Sequence record: SRR31156797_3857
Reading direction: 5' to 3' (one strand)
DNA: 42,778 bases
Shown here piece by piece: positions 30,103 through 38,011 of the stretch (positions are counted from its first letter, which is position 1; every line of letters starts with the position of its first letter). Position numbers and translations under genes: made by a program. A model generated the notes under the pieces. That model ran no database searches, had not been told where the DNA came from, and worked only from the letters and a program-made list of their open reading frames with translations.

Positions 30103-31716
30103 ATGTTTATCGTTAAGTACTATATATTCATTGCTATCGCTTGTTTTTCTATAGCAGCATTTACCCCCAATGTATTACTCAGCTTACTATTGGTTTGGTC
30201 AGGTTTATCGATGTCTATCGTCAGCGCAGCCTATATCTTCGAGATACCATCAATATTTAGAAAAAAAAGTAATGGCAAAATAGCTTGGTGGATAAGATGG
30301 GCGTTTATTCCTTTTTTTCTGGGTATTCGTTTATACAATACTTGGGCGATTAAAAGAGACAAAGTCGAACCCATTCAGCAGGTGGCAGAAGGATTATATG
30401 TTTCCCGACGTCTACTCCCCTCCGATTTGTCATTTCTACAATCTCAAAATATAACGTGTATTGTTGATGTCACCGCAGAATTTGCGGGGTTAGAGAGTGC
30501 GATGACCAGCGAAGAGCTTCATTACCTCAATACCCCAGTACTCGACCATCAAGCCCCTAAGTTACGCAAGCTCAAACATGCTCTTAATTGGATAGATACT
30601 CAGATAAACCAATCAAGGTCCGTAGTTGTTCATTGTGCACTTGGACGTGGTCGCTCTGTGTTTGTAGTTGCAGCATACCTGTTAGCGAAAAATCCATCTC
30701 TGAGCGTGGAGCAAGTGCTAAAAAATATCAATGAAGTACGAAGCACTGCACGGTTGAACAGAAAGCAACTAAAGGTACTGAATGCTATCAGTGATAAGGG
30801 GCTACTCAATCTTGAAGAAAAATGCTGCCTAATTGCCAACCCTGTTGCAGGTGGAGGCAAATGGCAAACGAATGAGCAGCAGGTTATTCGAGAGCTCACC
30901 CGAAAGTTCAATTTAGACATAGTGACCACCAGTAAAGAAGTATCTGCGGAATCTCTAGCCAAACAAGCAAAAGCGCAAAATGCTTCTCATATCATCGTGT
31001 CTGGCGGAGACGGCACCGTCAGCGAGGTGGCAAGACAAATCGTGGGGACAGACACGGCACTCGGCATTATCCCATTGGGTACGGCAAATGCTTTATGCCA
31101 TGTGCTCTATGGTTTTGCGACAAAAGTGTCACCTGTTGAAAAGGCCTGCGAGGCTATTCTATCTGGCAAGTCTAAGAAAATGGATTTGGCGTACTGTAAC
31201 GATCAGCCAATACTGCTTATTCTTGGTATTGGGTTTGAAGAGAAGATGATTGATTACGCTCATCGTGAACAGAAAAATAAAAATGGCCAACTTGCTTACT
31301 TGTCCGGCTTATTTTCAGCGGTTGTGGCAGGAGAAAGTCAGTGGTTTGAAGTCACTAAAGATGGGGAGTCAACACGCGAAGCTGAATTACAAAGCTTAGT
31401 GGTTGCCAACACGTCGCCTTTTAGCACGGTCCTTGCTCAAGGGGGCAAAGAGCCAAGACCTGATGATGGTCTATTGCATATTACCTATTTAGAAAATACC
31501 GCTTCGCTTGGAGAAAGAGCTTTGGCGCTGTCTGATGTGTTGCTTTCAAGCTTAGGCCTCAAAGAACAAGCTTCATTTTTTGACTATGAGTCTGCAAAGC
31601 AAGTCAAAATAGACTCAAATCGATCGATCCACTATGTCATTGATGGAGAAAAGTTCTCTGCTGAATCACTTGAGATAAGCATCAAAAGCCAAGCTTTATC
31701 TGTTTGCATTCCATAG
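30103..31716 (+). CDS. Membrane-anchored dual-specificity phosphatase / diacylglycerol-kinase-family fusion
   Basis: N-terminal TMs; PTP loop HCALGRGRS (CX5R); DAGK motifs NPVAGG, GGDGTV, PLGTANAL, DDGLL and DGE. Confidence 0.88.
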   Translation: MFIVKYYIFIAIACFSIAAFTPNVLLSLLLVWSGLSMSIVSAAYIFEIPSIFRKKSNGKIAWWIRWAFIPFFLGIRLYNTWAIKRDKVEPIQQVAEGLYVSRRLLPSDLSFLQSQNITCIVDVTAEFAGLESAMTSEELHYLNTPVLDHQAPKLRKLKHALNWIDTQINQSRSVVVHCALGRGRSVFVVAAYLLAKNPSLSVEQVLKNINEVRSTARLNRKQLKVLNAISDKGLLNLEEKCCLIANPVAGGGKWQTNEQQVIRELTRKFNLDIVTTSKEVSAESLAKQAKAQNASHIIVSGGDGTVSEVARQIVGTDTALGIIPLGTANALCHVLYGFATKVSPVEKACEAILSGKSKKMDLAYCNDQPILLILGIGFEEKMIDYAHREQKNKNGQLAYLSGLFSAVVAGESQWFEVTKDGESTREAELQSLVVANTSPFSTVLAQGGKEPRPDDGLLHITYLENTASLGERALALSDVLLSSLGLKEQASFFDYESAKQVKIDSNRSIHYVIDGEKFSAESLEISIKSQALSVCIP

Positions 31717-31986
31717 TCACTGATGACAGCACCAACCATGAATGAAGGACATCACATCACCATGGAGATGAATCTCTCTTTACGTTGTTTGCTTGTCATT
31801 GTTAACCTCTGTTTGATTTAAGCCATTGCCATCACCCTAATTTTCAGTGCTTGTGATGTTTAGCGATGGCTTTTCTGTTTTTCGGCAGTACTCAATTCAT
31901 TCGACTTAGTAAGATCGGTATGAAACCATGCAAACACTGGTATTGTGAACGGTTAATCTGAGGGTACTTTGCAATGGGTCATTGAT

Positions 31987-32235
31987 GATCTTTACGCAAA
32001 AGGTGGTCAAATGTGGTACACGACAGACTACAATATTGTGGGTTTCAAAGGCAGTATAGAAGACGAAGGTGTATTCGCTGGCGCAGGTGTGGGTTTCAAA
32101 TTGACAGATCAATTCTTAATCAACGCTGAATATATGTGGTACGACGTAGACCTCAATGCAGAGAACGTTACGAATGGAGCAAGCACAGAAACAGATTTTA
32201 ACCAAGTGTCATTAGGTGTGGAATATCGATTCTAA
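31987..32235 (+). pseudogene. C-terminal remnant of an OmpA-type outer-membrane beta-barrel protein
   Basis: LYAKGGQMWY...GVFAGAGVGFKL...INAEYMWY...SLGVEYRF with terminal Phe; no signal peptide or N-terminal strands upstream. Confidence 0.7.
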
Positions 32236-32451
32236 TACGGATTACAGGGCTGAATTCACTAAATGGTTTTAAGCTCTTGATGTCTTTCATAGCAGTGCAG
32301 GAGCATACTTCTATGATTTATAATAAAAAGAAGACTCTGTCCTGTTTTTTTACACGAAGAAAAAATAATAGTAATGAAAAGCGTCAAGCCTATTTGCTTG
32401 ACGCTTTCTTATTATAGTCGCTCGCCCGGCAGTGGATAATATCGAACTAAA

Positions 32452-32862
32452 CTATAAATGCTTCGCCATTTCGTCATTTTCCACTTGTAATGCGGCAATC
32501 CAGTAAGAGAAGAATGATGACAGCTTTTGGTTGTTAAATGTTCCAATCGCACTTTTCAAATAGGTGATTAATTGTCGATTGCTTCTATACATTTCGTCGT
32601 AGCTGCTAATCACAACGGGCTGGCTTTCTTGCATTGAATGATTGATTTCTGACTTTAAATCAAGGATTTTAAGCTCAATTTCATTGATCATCGAACGCTC
32701 GACTTTTAAAAATCGACTAGCGGCTCTAGAGAGAGTTTGGTGCGTCCTGTACTCAACGAGCTGACAGCATGACTGATAATGCTCTTTAAGAGCGAATAAT
32801 ATTCTATCTATGCTTTGATAGTGCGTCGCGTCGAAAGTTCTATTGTGATTTTCCACCCACAT
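32452..32862 (-). CDS. Hypothetical helical protein (possibly degenerate ferritin-like four-helix bundle)
   Basis: Strong SD AAGGAG; 136 aa of amphipathic helices; hairpin at about 32380-32406 downstream. Confidence 0.6.
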   Translation of the reverse strand: MWVENHNRTFDATHYQSIDRILFALKEHYQSCCQLVEYRTHQTLSRAASRFLKVERSMINEIELKILDLKSEINHSMQESQPVVISSYDEMYRSNRQLITYLKSAIGTFNNQKLSSFFSYWIAALQVENDEMAKHL

Positions 32863-32974
32863 ATTGTTACTCCTTCTTGTTTAACCGTGTTCTCCATACC
32901 TGCGTAGAATTTAACCCTTCACCCCATTGATCATAAGTTATTAATCTAAATACAAAAACCCCCATTAATCGTCG

Positions 32975-33058
32975 TTATTTTTTGTCTCTATTCTGGCGCT
33001 TGCTTTGACAGTATTGCTTTGTCGTCAATGGTTTTTTGTTCCAGGTAGAGTTTGTCAT
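32975..33058 (-). CDS. Putative 27-aa basic peptide
   Basis: MTNSTWNKKPLTTKQYCQSKRQNRDKK with SD GAGGA; downstream of the minus-strand sigma-54 promoter. Confidence 0.35.
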   Translation of the reverse strand: MTNSTWNKKPLTTKQYCQSKRQNRDKK

Positions 33059-33338
33059 TTGCTCTTCCTCTGTTTCAATGCAGTATCGTCGAGCATTAAT
33101 GGTGTAGTTGTCCGGAATGAGCTTATGCGGTTTTGAAGGTCTTGAGATTGACTTTAGTTTTAACTCAACGCACTTCTTAATCGCATATATATCAAAAAGA
33201 ATTTTTTTGTAACTTTATTATCTACATTAGATATTTCTTTCTCTTAAATAATATTCTCACTTTCGTCCAAACTTATAACGGATGAAATTTTCATACTTAT
33301 CATAGTCACTCATTTAGATTTATAGGCAATAGAAATCA

Positions 33339-33354
33339 AGCATGTTACGTGCCA
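33339..33354 (-). promoter_or_regulatory. sigma-54 promoter (leftward)
   Basis: Minus strand TGGCACGTAACATGCT, GG-N10-GC. Confidence 0.7.
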
Positions 33355-33403
33355 AGTAAAATTGCCTCTACCCCCTAATTTATGGCAGAAATAAATGCAA
33401 TTT

Positions 33404-33447
33404 TGTAAAAGATACAATCTTCATGGTAAATGAGTGAAAATATTACA
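33404..33447. promoter_or_regulatory. Candidate shared enhancer sites between divergent sigma-54 promoters
   Basis: TGTAAAAGATACA (33404-33416) and TGAAAATATTACA (33435-33447). Confidence 0.55.
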
Positions 33448-33512
33448 TGAATTGCACTCTTTATATTACCGTAAAGCTCTCTAACACTATATACGGTAAG
33501 CTATTTTCAAGT

Positions 33513-33528
33513 TGGCATGATGTTCGCT
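33513..33528 (+). promoter_or_regulatory. sigma-54 promoter (rightward) for the yqjD-like operon
   Basis: TGGCATGATGTTCGCT, GG-N10-GC. Confidence 0.7.
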
Positions 33529-33607
33529 TAGCTTAGTGTAAGAAGTGATAGTTAATTTTGAATGATCACTTTATTTTCTCTCATTAGATAAGTTAAGGAG
33601 ATTACGT

Positions 33608-33856
33608 ATGCCAAATGCAAATACTAAAAAAACTGATCCTAAGCAACAGGCCGAAGATATTTATGAAGAGGCAGAAGAGGTTGCTTCAGAAGCAATAAAA
33701 AATGTTAAAAATACCGTTCAAGAGACGCTCGAAGCAGGGTCTGAAACTGTAAAAAATAAAACAGAGCAGGCTGAAAACATGATTAAAGAGCGCCCACTCT
33801 TGAGCGTTGGATGCGCATTTCTTGCAGGCTGGGCTATTTCTAAGCTAATCAAATAA
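33608..33856 (+). CDS. DUF883 / ElaB-YqjD-like tail-anchored protein
   Basis: Charged helical N-terminus; C-terminal IKERPLLSVGCAFLAGW anchor; SD AAGGAG. Confidence 0.8.
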   Translation: MPNANTKKTDPKQQAEDIYEEAEEVASEAIKNVKNTVQETLEAGSETVKNKTEQAENMIKERPLLSVGCAFLAGWAISKLIK

Positions 33857-33884
33857 ATTTGAATGATGCACGAAGAGGAAAGTT

Positions 33885-34361
33885 ATGCAGTCTAATGACA
33901 CCAACGACGCACACAATGAGCCTCAACATCGAGAAGCGGAGCTTTTAGAACGAGCGGTCGTTCAATTAAGGGGGCTTTTAAAAGACCTAACCGCATTCCA
34001 ATCTCACACTCAACAGTGGTCAATGTCGATTTTTGAGCTGTTTACTTTGGAGTTGCGCAACACGGTTGCCGCGAGTAAAAAACTCATTGTCATTAAACTC
34101 CTCTTCGTTGCACTGCTGCCGATGTTTCTTATTAGCATCGCCGTCGGTGTTGGGGTTGTAGGGTACTACTTTACCTTGAACCTTTTAGTGGGCTATAGCG
34201 CTTTCATTGCAGCGTTCAGCGTTATCCTGGTGCTCTTGGTACTCGGCAGCAGGTATTGCAAGCAATTTGTGGGTTTTGAATATACCAAAGAGCAGCTCGG
34301 GAGGTTGTGTCATGCGATCAATGAAAAAACGACAGCGGAAAATTCTAATGAAAAGGCTTGA
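33885..34361 (+). CDS. YqjE-like (holin-X superfamily) two-TM membrane protein
   Basis: FELFTLELR motif followed by two TMs; located after the yqjD-like gene. Confidence 0.65.
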   Translation: MQSNDTNDAHNEPQHREAELLERAVVQLRGLLKDLTAFQSHTQQWSMSIFELFTLELRNTVAASKKLIVIKLLFVALLPMFLISIAVGVGVVGYYFTLNLLVGYSAFIAAFSVILVLLVLGSRYCKQFVGFEYTKEQLGRLCHAINEKTTAENSNEKA

Positions 34362-34563
34362 GTGTGATAGTAAAGCTCGTCAAGTTGCACTCAGCATGGG
34401 ACTGCTCTACTTCAAAGGAAAAAGCTTTGTACAGCAATCCCCATTTCTTGCGGCAGGGTTTGCTGCGCTCGGTATGTTCGCCCTTAGCAAAGTCAAAAAT
34501 CTCAAGACGCTTTTTTATGGTTATAAACAAGCACGTCTATTAATTTATTCACTTGATAGATAA
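34312..34563 (+). CDS. Small basic membrane protein, positional YqjK-like
   Basis: Start MRSMKKRQRK after SD GGGAGG; overlaps the previous gene; one hydrophobic segment. Confidence 0.55.
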   Translation: MRSMKKRQRKILMKRLECDSKARQVALSMGLLYFKGKSFVQQSPFLAAGFAALGMFALSKVKNLKTLFYGYKQARLLIYSLDR

Positions 34564-34584
34564 TTAATAATAGATAGTTAATAG

Positions 34585-34645
34585 GTTCTGGCTTAGTTAT
34601 CAATGTAGTTATTCACTATTAAATTTAGTGTGACTAAGCCAGAAC
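34585..34645. repeat. 13-bp perfect inverted repeat with a 35-nt spacer
   Basis: GTTCTGGCTTAGT (34585-34597) / ACTAAGCCAGAAC (34633-34645). Confidence 0.7.
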
Positions 34646-34670
34646 TGGATCTTAATATCTGAGGAACATA

Positions 34671-35699
34671 ATGAACAGTAAACAAGAGAATATATTAAAA
34701 TACAGTTTAATGACCATTGCTCTTATAATAATGTTCATTTTCATATTACATGTTGCTAAACCGTTTTTGTTGCCCGTTTTTTTTGGCGCTTTTATTTCAC
34801 TTCTATGTGGCCCGTTAGTCAATCGATTAGTTCGTTTTGGAATTCCCCGTGTCATTAACGTTATCACTGTTTTATTAGGGCTCGTTAGCTTCGTTGTATT
34901 GAGTTTAAGTCTGTTAAGTGAGCCTGCTCAGCAGTGGTGGTCTAAGCTGCCAATGTTAATTCAGAATGTTTCTAATGAAGTCAGTGAAGCTGCTGAAAGT
35001 AGTGAGTTAGGTGGCAAGGGTGACTTCACTCTCAGTAGCACAGTGCCTAACGATGGACTCACAAGCAATACCTCATTTTCCATCATTAAATCAGTGCTAA
35101 CTACAACTCCAACGATAGTTACACAATTAATGGTCGCTCTTTTTATGGCGTACTTCATGATGAGTTATGGCCGCCAGATATATTCTCAAAGCTTATCTTT
35201 GTTCACACGATTTTCCGATAAACGCAAGGTGGTTGAGCTTGTGAAGGTGGTTCAAACCGATCTTTCTCGATATATAAGCTCTATTACGATCATCAATGTG
35301 TGCTTAGGAGTGGTTGTTGGCTGTGTATTCTACATGATGGGATTAAAAGACCCGTTTCTGTGGGGAGCATTTGCTGGTTTGATGAATTATATCCCTTATC
35401 TTGGGCCAATGGTTTCGGTGACCTGTTTTGCCTTGGTTTCCTTTTTGCAGTTTGAGTCTCTAAGTTACTCATTGACCGTTGCTTCGCTCTTTTTGGCTAT
35501 CAACCTTATAGAGAGTCAATTGGCGACTCCGACTCTGCTTGGTAAGAGATTTAGTTTAAACCCTCTAATTTTGTTTGTGTGGTTAGTCTTTTGGGGGTGG
35601 TTATGGGGAGCAATGGGAATGCTGATGGGAGGGCCTATGCTAGTACTTGCTAATGTTGTTCTAAGTAAAAGTAAGTCGCCCTCAAATTATGATCTATAG
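34671..35699 (+). CDS. AI-2E family transporter
   Basis: About 8 TM; LMNYIPYLGP, IESQLATP.LLGKRFSLNP and WGWLWGAMG motifs. Confidence 0.92.
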   Translation: MNSKQENILKYSLMTIALIIMFIFILHVAKPFLLPVFFGAFISLLCGPLVNRLVRFGIPRVINVITVLLGLVSFVVLSLSLLSEPAQQWWSKLPMLIQNVSNEVSEAAESSELGGKGDFTLSSTVPNDGLTSNTSFSIIKSVLTTTPTIVTQLMVALFMAYFMMSYGRQIYSQSLSLFTRFSDKRKVVELVKVVQTDLSRYISSITIINVCLGVVVGCVFYMMGLKDPFLWGAFAGLMNYIPYLGPMVSVTCFALVSFLQFESLSYSLTVASLFLAINLIESQLATPTLLGKRFSLNPLILFVWLVFWGWLWGAMGMLMGGPMLVLANVVLSKSKSPSNYDL

Positions 35700-35744
35700 A
35701 CAACGAAAGGCCCTGTTAGTTTTTAAGGCTCAACCCTCACCGCT

Positions 35745-36344
35745 TTGAAGGATAAAGCTTTCATGGTTAACAAACTGAAGCGAAAAACCAAAGACCTGAT
35801 TGAGTCTAACAATATTTTGGGCGGTGTTTTCACTGCCTCTCTTCTTGAATCTACGATTGTACCTATTCCATTGGAAGCATTGCTTGTTCCACTGTTGCAT
35901 AAACGACGCGATAAAGTTTGGCAACTCGCACTTATGGCGACTCTAGGCTGCATTGTCGGCGCACTGTTGGGGTATGCGCTTGGTTACTACATTTTCGAAC
36001 TACTTCATGATTGGGTAGTCTCCAACTGGATAACAGAACAGCGATTGGATACTGTCATGTTACGGATAAAAACCGAGGGCTTCTGGTTTGTGATGACCTT
36101 AGGCATCGCACCCATCCCTTTCCAAATTGCAATGTTAGCAGCAGGGTCTACTCATTTTTCGCTCCCTTTATTTCTACTCGCTACAGGCTTATCTCGTGCC
36201 ATTAGGTACTTTGGTATCGCGTTGGTAGTCTATATAGCCGGCCATAAAGCAGAAGAATTGATAAAAAGATATAAAGTTGCAACATTAGGTCTTATAACGT
36301 TGGTATTGATAGTCGCCTGGTATCTGAGTACGAGTGGTAGATAG
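35745..36344 (+). CDS. DedA/YqaA (VTT domain) membrane protein
   Basis: LESTIVPIPLEALL, GALLGYALG, PIPFQIAML and SRAIRYF motifs; start uncertain (35745 TTG or 35763 ATG). Confidence 0.88.
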   Translation: MKDKAFMVNKLKRKTKDLIESNNILGGVFTASLLESTIVPIPLEALLVPLLHKRRDKVWQLALMATLGCIVGALLGYALGYYIFELLHDWVVSNWITEQRLDTVMLRIKTEGFWFVMTLGIAPIPFQIAMLAAGSTHFSLPLFLLATGLSRAIRYFGIALVVYIAGHKAEELIKRYKVATLGLITLVLIVAWYLSTSGR

Positions 36345-36701
36345 TTTGCTTGTGTCCATTGACGTTGCGATTACTCGCATTAGTTTTTTGTTAACCTTTC
36401 GAATATCTACCATTCAAGTTAACTAGATTATTAGTTAACAACATGGATGAGCAGCATTGCTTACGTAAAACCTCCCTCTCAACAGCCAAATAGGAAAATA
36501 TCTTTTTCAGGTTGCTGATTTCTACAGTATTAGCAAACAACAGCTAATAATCTTTTTATCTGCCCAACCACAGAGTCTCTTGATACCACTCACACAACCA
36601 CAAACCTCAACCAAAAGATTAGCTTGCAACCAGCTGATAAATTTACCTTTTATGTATACTGAGATGACATTTTAAAAGCAGATTATGGCTAGGGAATTTG
36701 A

Positions 36702-37034
36702 ATGATAAAGATACTGCTTAAAATATTAATCACTTTAGCTATTGTCGTGGCTTTAATGGCAGCCTGTAGGCTTAAATTCGATTATTTGGCACAAATAGCC
36801 CTGATAGATTACATCACCTATAGCGGTATCGTTTCTCTGCTGATTGCTTTTGCAGTTTTTGATGGTAACCACCCTATCAACCAGCATTTTCTCTCGATGA
36901 TGGTTCACCGAGAACTCGTATCAAAAGAAAATGACACTAAAGACGACATGAATAGAATCAGCGCGACTCTCGCACTAGGGGCTGTGGGGGTAATTCTGGT
37001 AGCAACGAGTGGTGTGATGGCATGGCTAAGTTAA
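36702..37034 (+). CDS. Hypothetical membrane protein (3 TM)
   Basis: Hydrophobic segments; overlaps the next ORF. Confidence 0.6.
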   Translation: MIKILLKILITLAIVVALMAACRLKFDYLAQIALIDYITYSGIVSLLIAFAVFDGNHPINQHFLSMMVHRELVSKENDTKDDMNRISATLALGAVGVILVATSGVMAWLS

Positions 37035-37375
37035 TCATCAATGTACTGATCATCAATCTTGTCGCGGCCGTTGTCGTGTTTGTGCTTTCTCAATATGTTG
37101 GCGCATTCACAGCCAATCATATTGAAGATTATCTGTTTTTTGTGGTCATCATTCTGTGGGCTTTAGCCAAACTGATGTGGACGGGTGGAATGCACAGCAA
37201 AGTTACCCGTATTGATGATGCGATGACCGACAAAGTCTACTCTATGGTTAAAGGGCACGACTTTGATAGCGAGCAGCAAACTCATTACCGTCAAAACTAC
37301 CAAACGGGCTTTGTGCTTTTTATTGCTGGCATACCCGCTCTGATAGCCTGCATGGTGTTATATTGGCTTTGCTAA
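37022..37375 (+). CDS. Hypothetical membrane protein (3 TM)
   Basis: TM-TM-loop-TM architecture like the preceding ORF. Confidence 0.65.
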   Translation: MAKLIINVLIINLVAAVVVFVLSQYVGAFTANHIEDYLFFVVIILWALAKLMWTGGMHSKVTRIDDAMTDKVYSMVKGHDFDSEQQTHYRQNYQTGFVLFIAGIPALIACMVLYWLC

Positions 37376-37379
37376 ATTT

Positions 37380-37400
37380 CAGCCCCTTAGTCAGGGGCTG
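37380..37400. terminator. Hairpin between convergent genes
   Basis: cagcccct-tagtc-aggggctg. Confidence 0.6.
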
Positions 37401-37420
37401 AATAATAGTAATGTTAGCGA

Positions 37421-37771
37421 CTATTCGAAAATCGGGGCGTCGTAATCTGTCGCTTCATCGGTGTAAGCTGTGACGATTGCGTCTTCCACCAGTCCGGATT
37501 CAGCCTTCACCTGAGTCTCAAAAAAGTCTTTAATCTGCTTTCTGTTACCGTGCGCTGCCCATGCGTCAGCGTCTTTCCAAATCTCATTGAACACGATTGG
37601 GTAATCGTTGCTAACGGCACTTGGATGATCAATCTGACGGGTCACCGTATATTGAACGCATCCTTCTTCACGGTATGAATCCGGTTCTAAGGCTTTTAAC
37701 ACTTCGAATAATTCCGCTTCTTTACCTGCTTTAGGTTTGAACTGGGCAATTACATATACACGTTTTGTCAT
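37421..37771 (-). CDS. Antibiotic-biosynthesis-monooxygenase (ABM) family protein
   Basis: VIAQFKPKAGKE...REEGCVQY...FNEIWKD...AAH pattern. Confidence 0.85.
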   Translation of the reverse strand: MTKRVYVIAQFKPKAGKEAELFEVLKALEPDSYREEGCVQYTVTRQIDHPSAVSNDYPIVFNEIWKDADAWAAHGNRKQIKDFFETQVKAESGLVEDAIVTAYTDEATDYDAPIFE

Positions 37772-38011
37772 CGTTCTATTCTTCTCAAAATAAATGTCGC
37801 TGGCATACTACCAGTATTTTACGCATTTAGTCGTATCAACTCTGCGTTCAATCCCCTATTCATTAATCTAGATTAAGTTTTCTAGTAGTCAGATTCGTTA
37901 ACATCTCGGCATTGTTTCTCGAAAGTCCTAAATATTCAAATCACCTAGCTGGTGATGATCCTTATTTGCTCTAAGAGATGTTCACTGACCACAATTAACG
38001 AGGAGTTAGGT

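Noticed and set aside
33885-34361. Prophage inferred from a holin-superfamily protein
   Set aside because: No phage genes nearby; the context is a yqjDEK-like stress operon.
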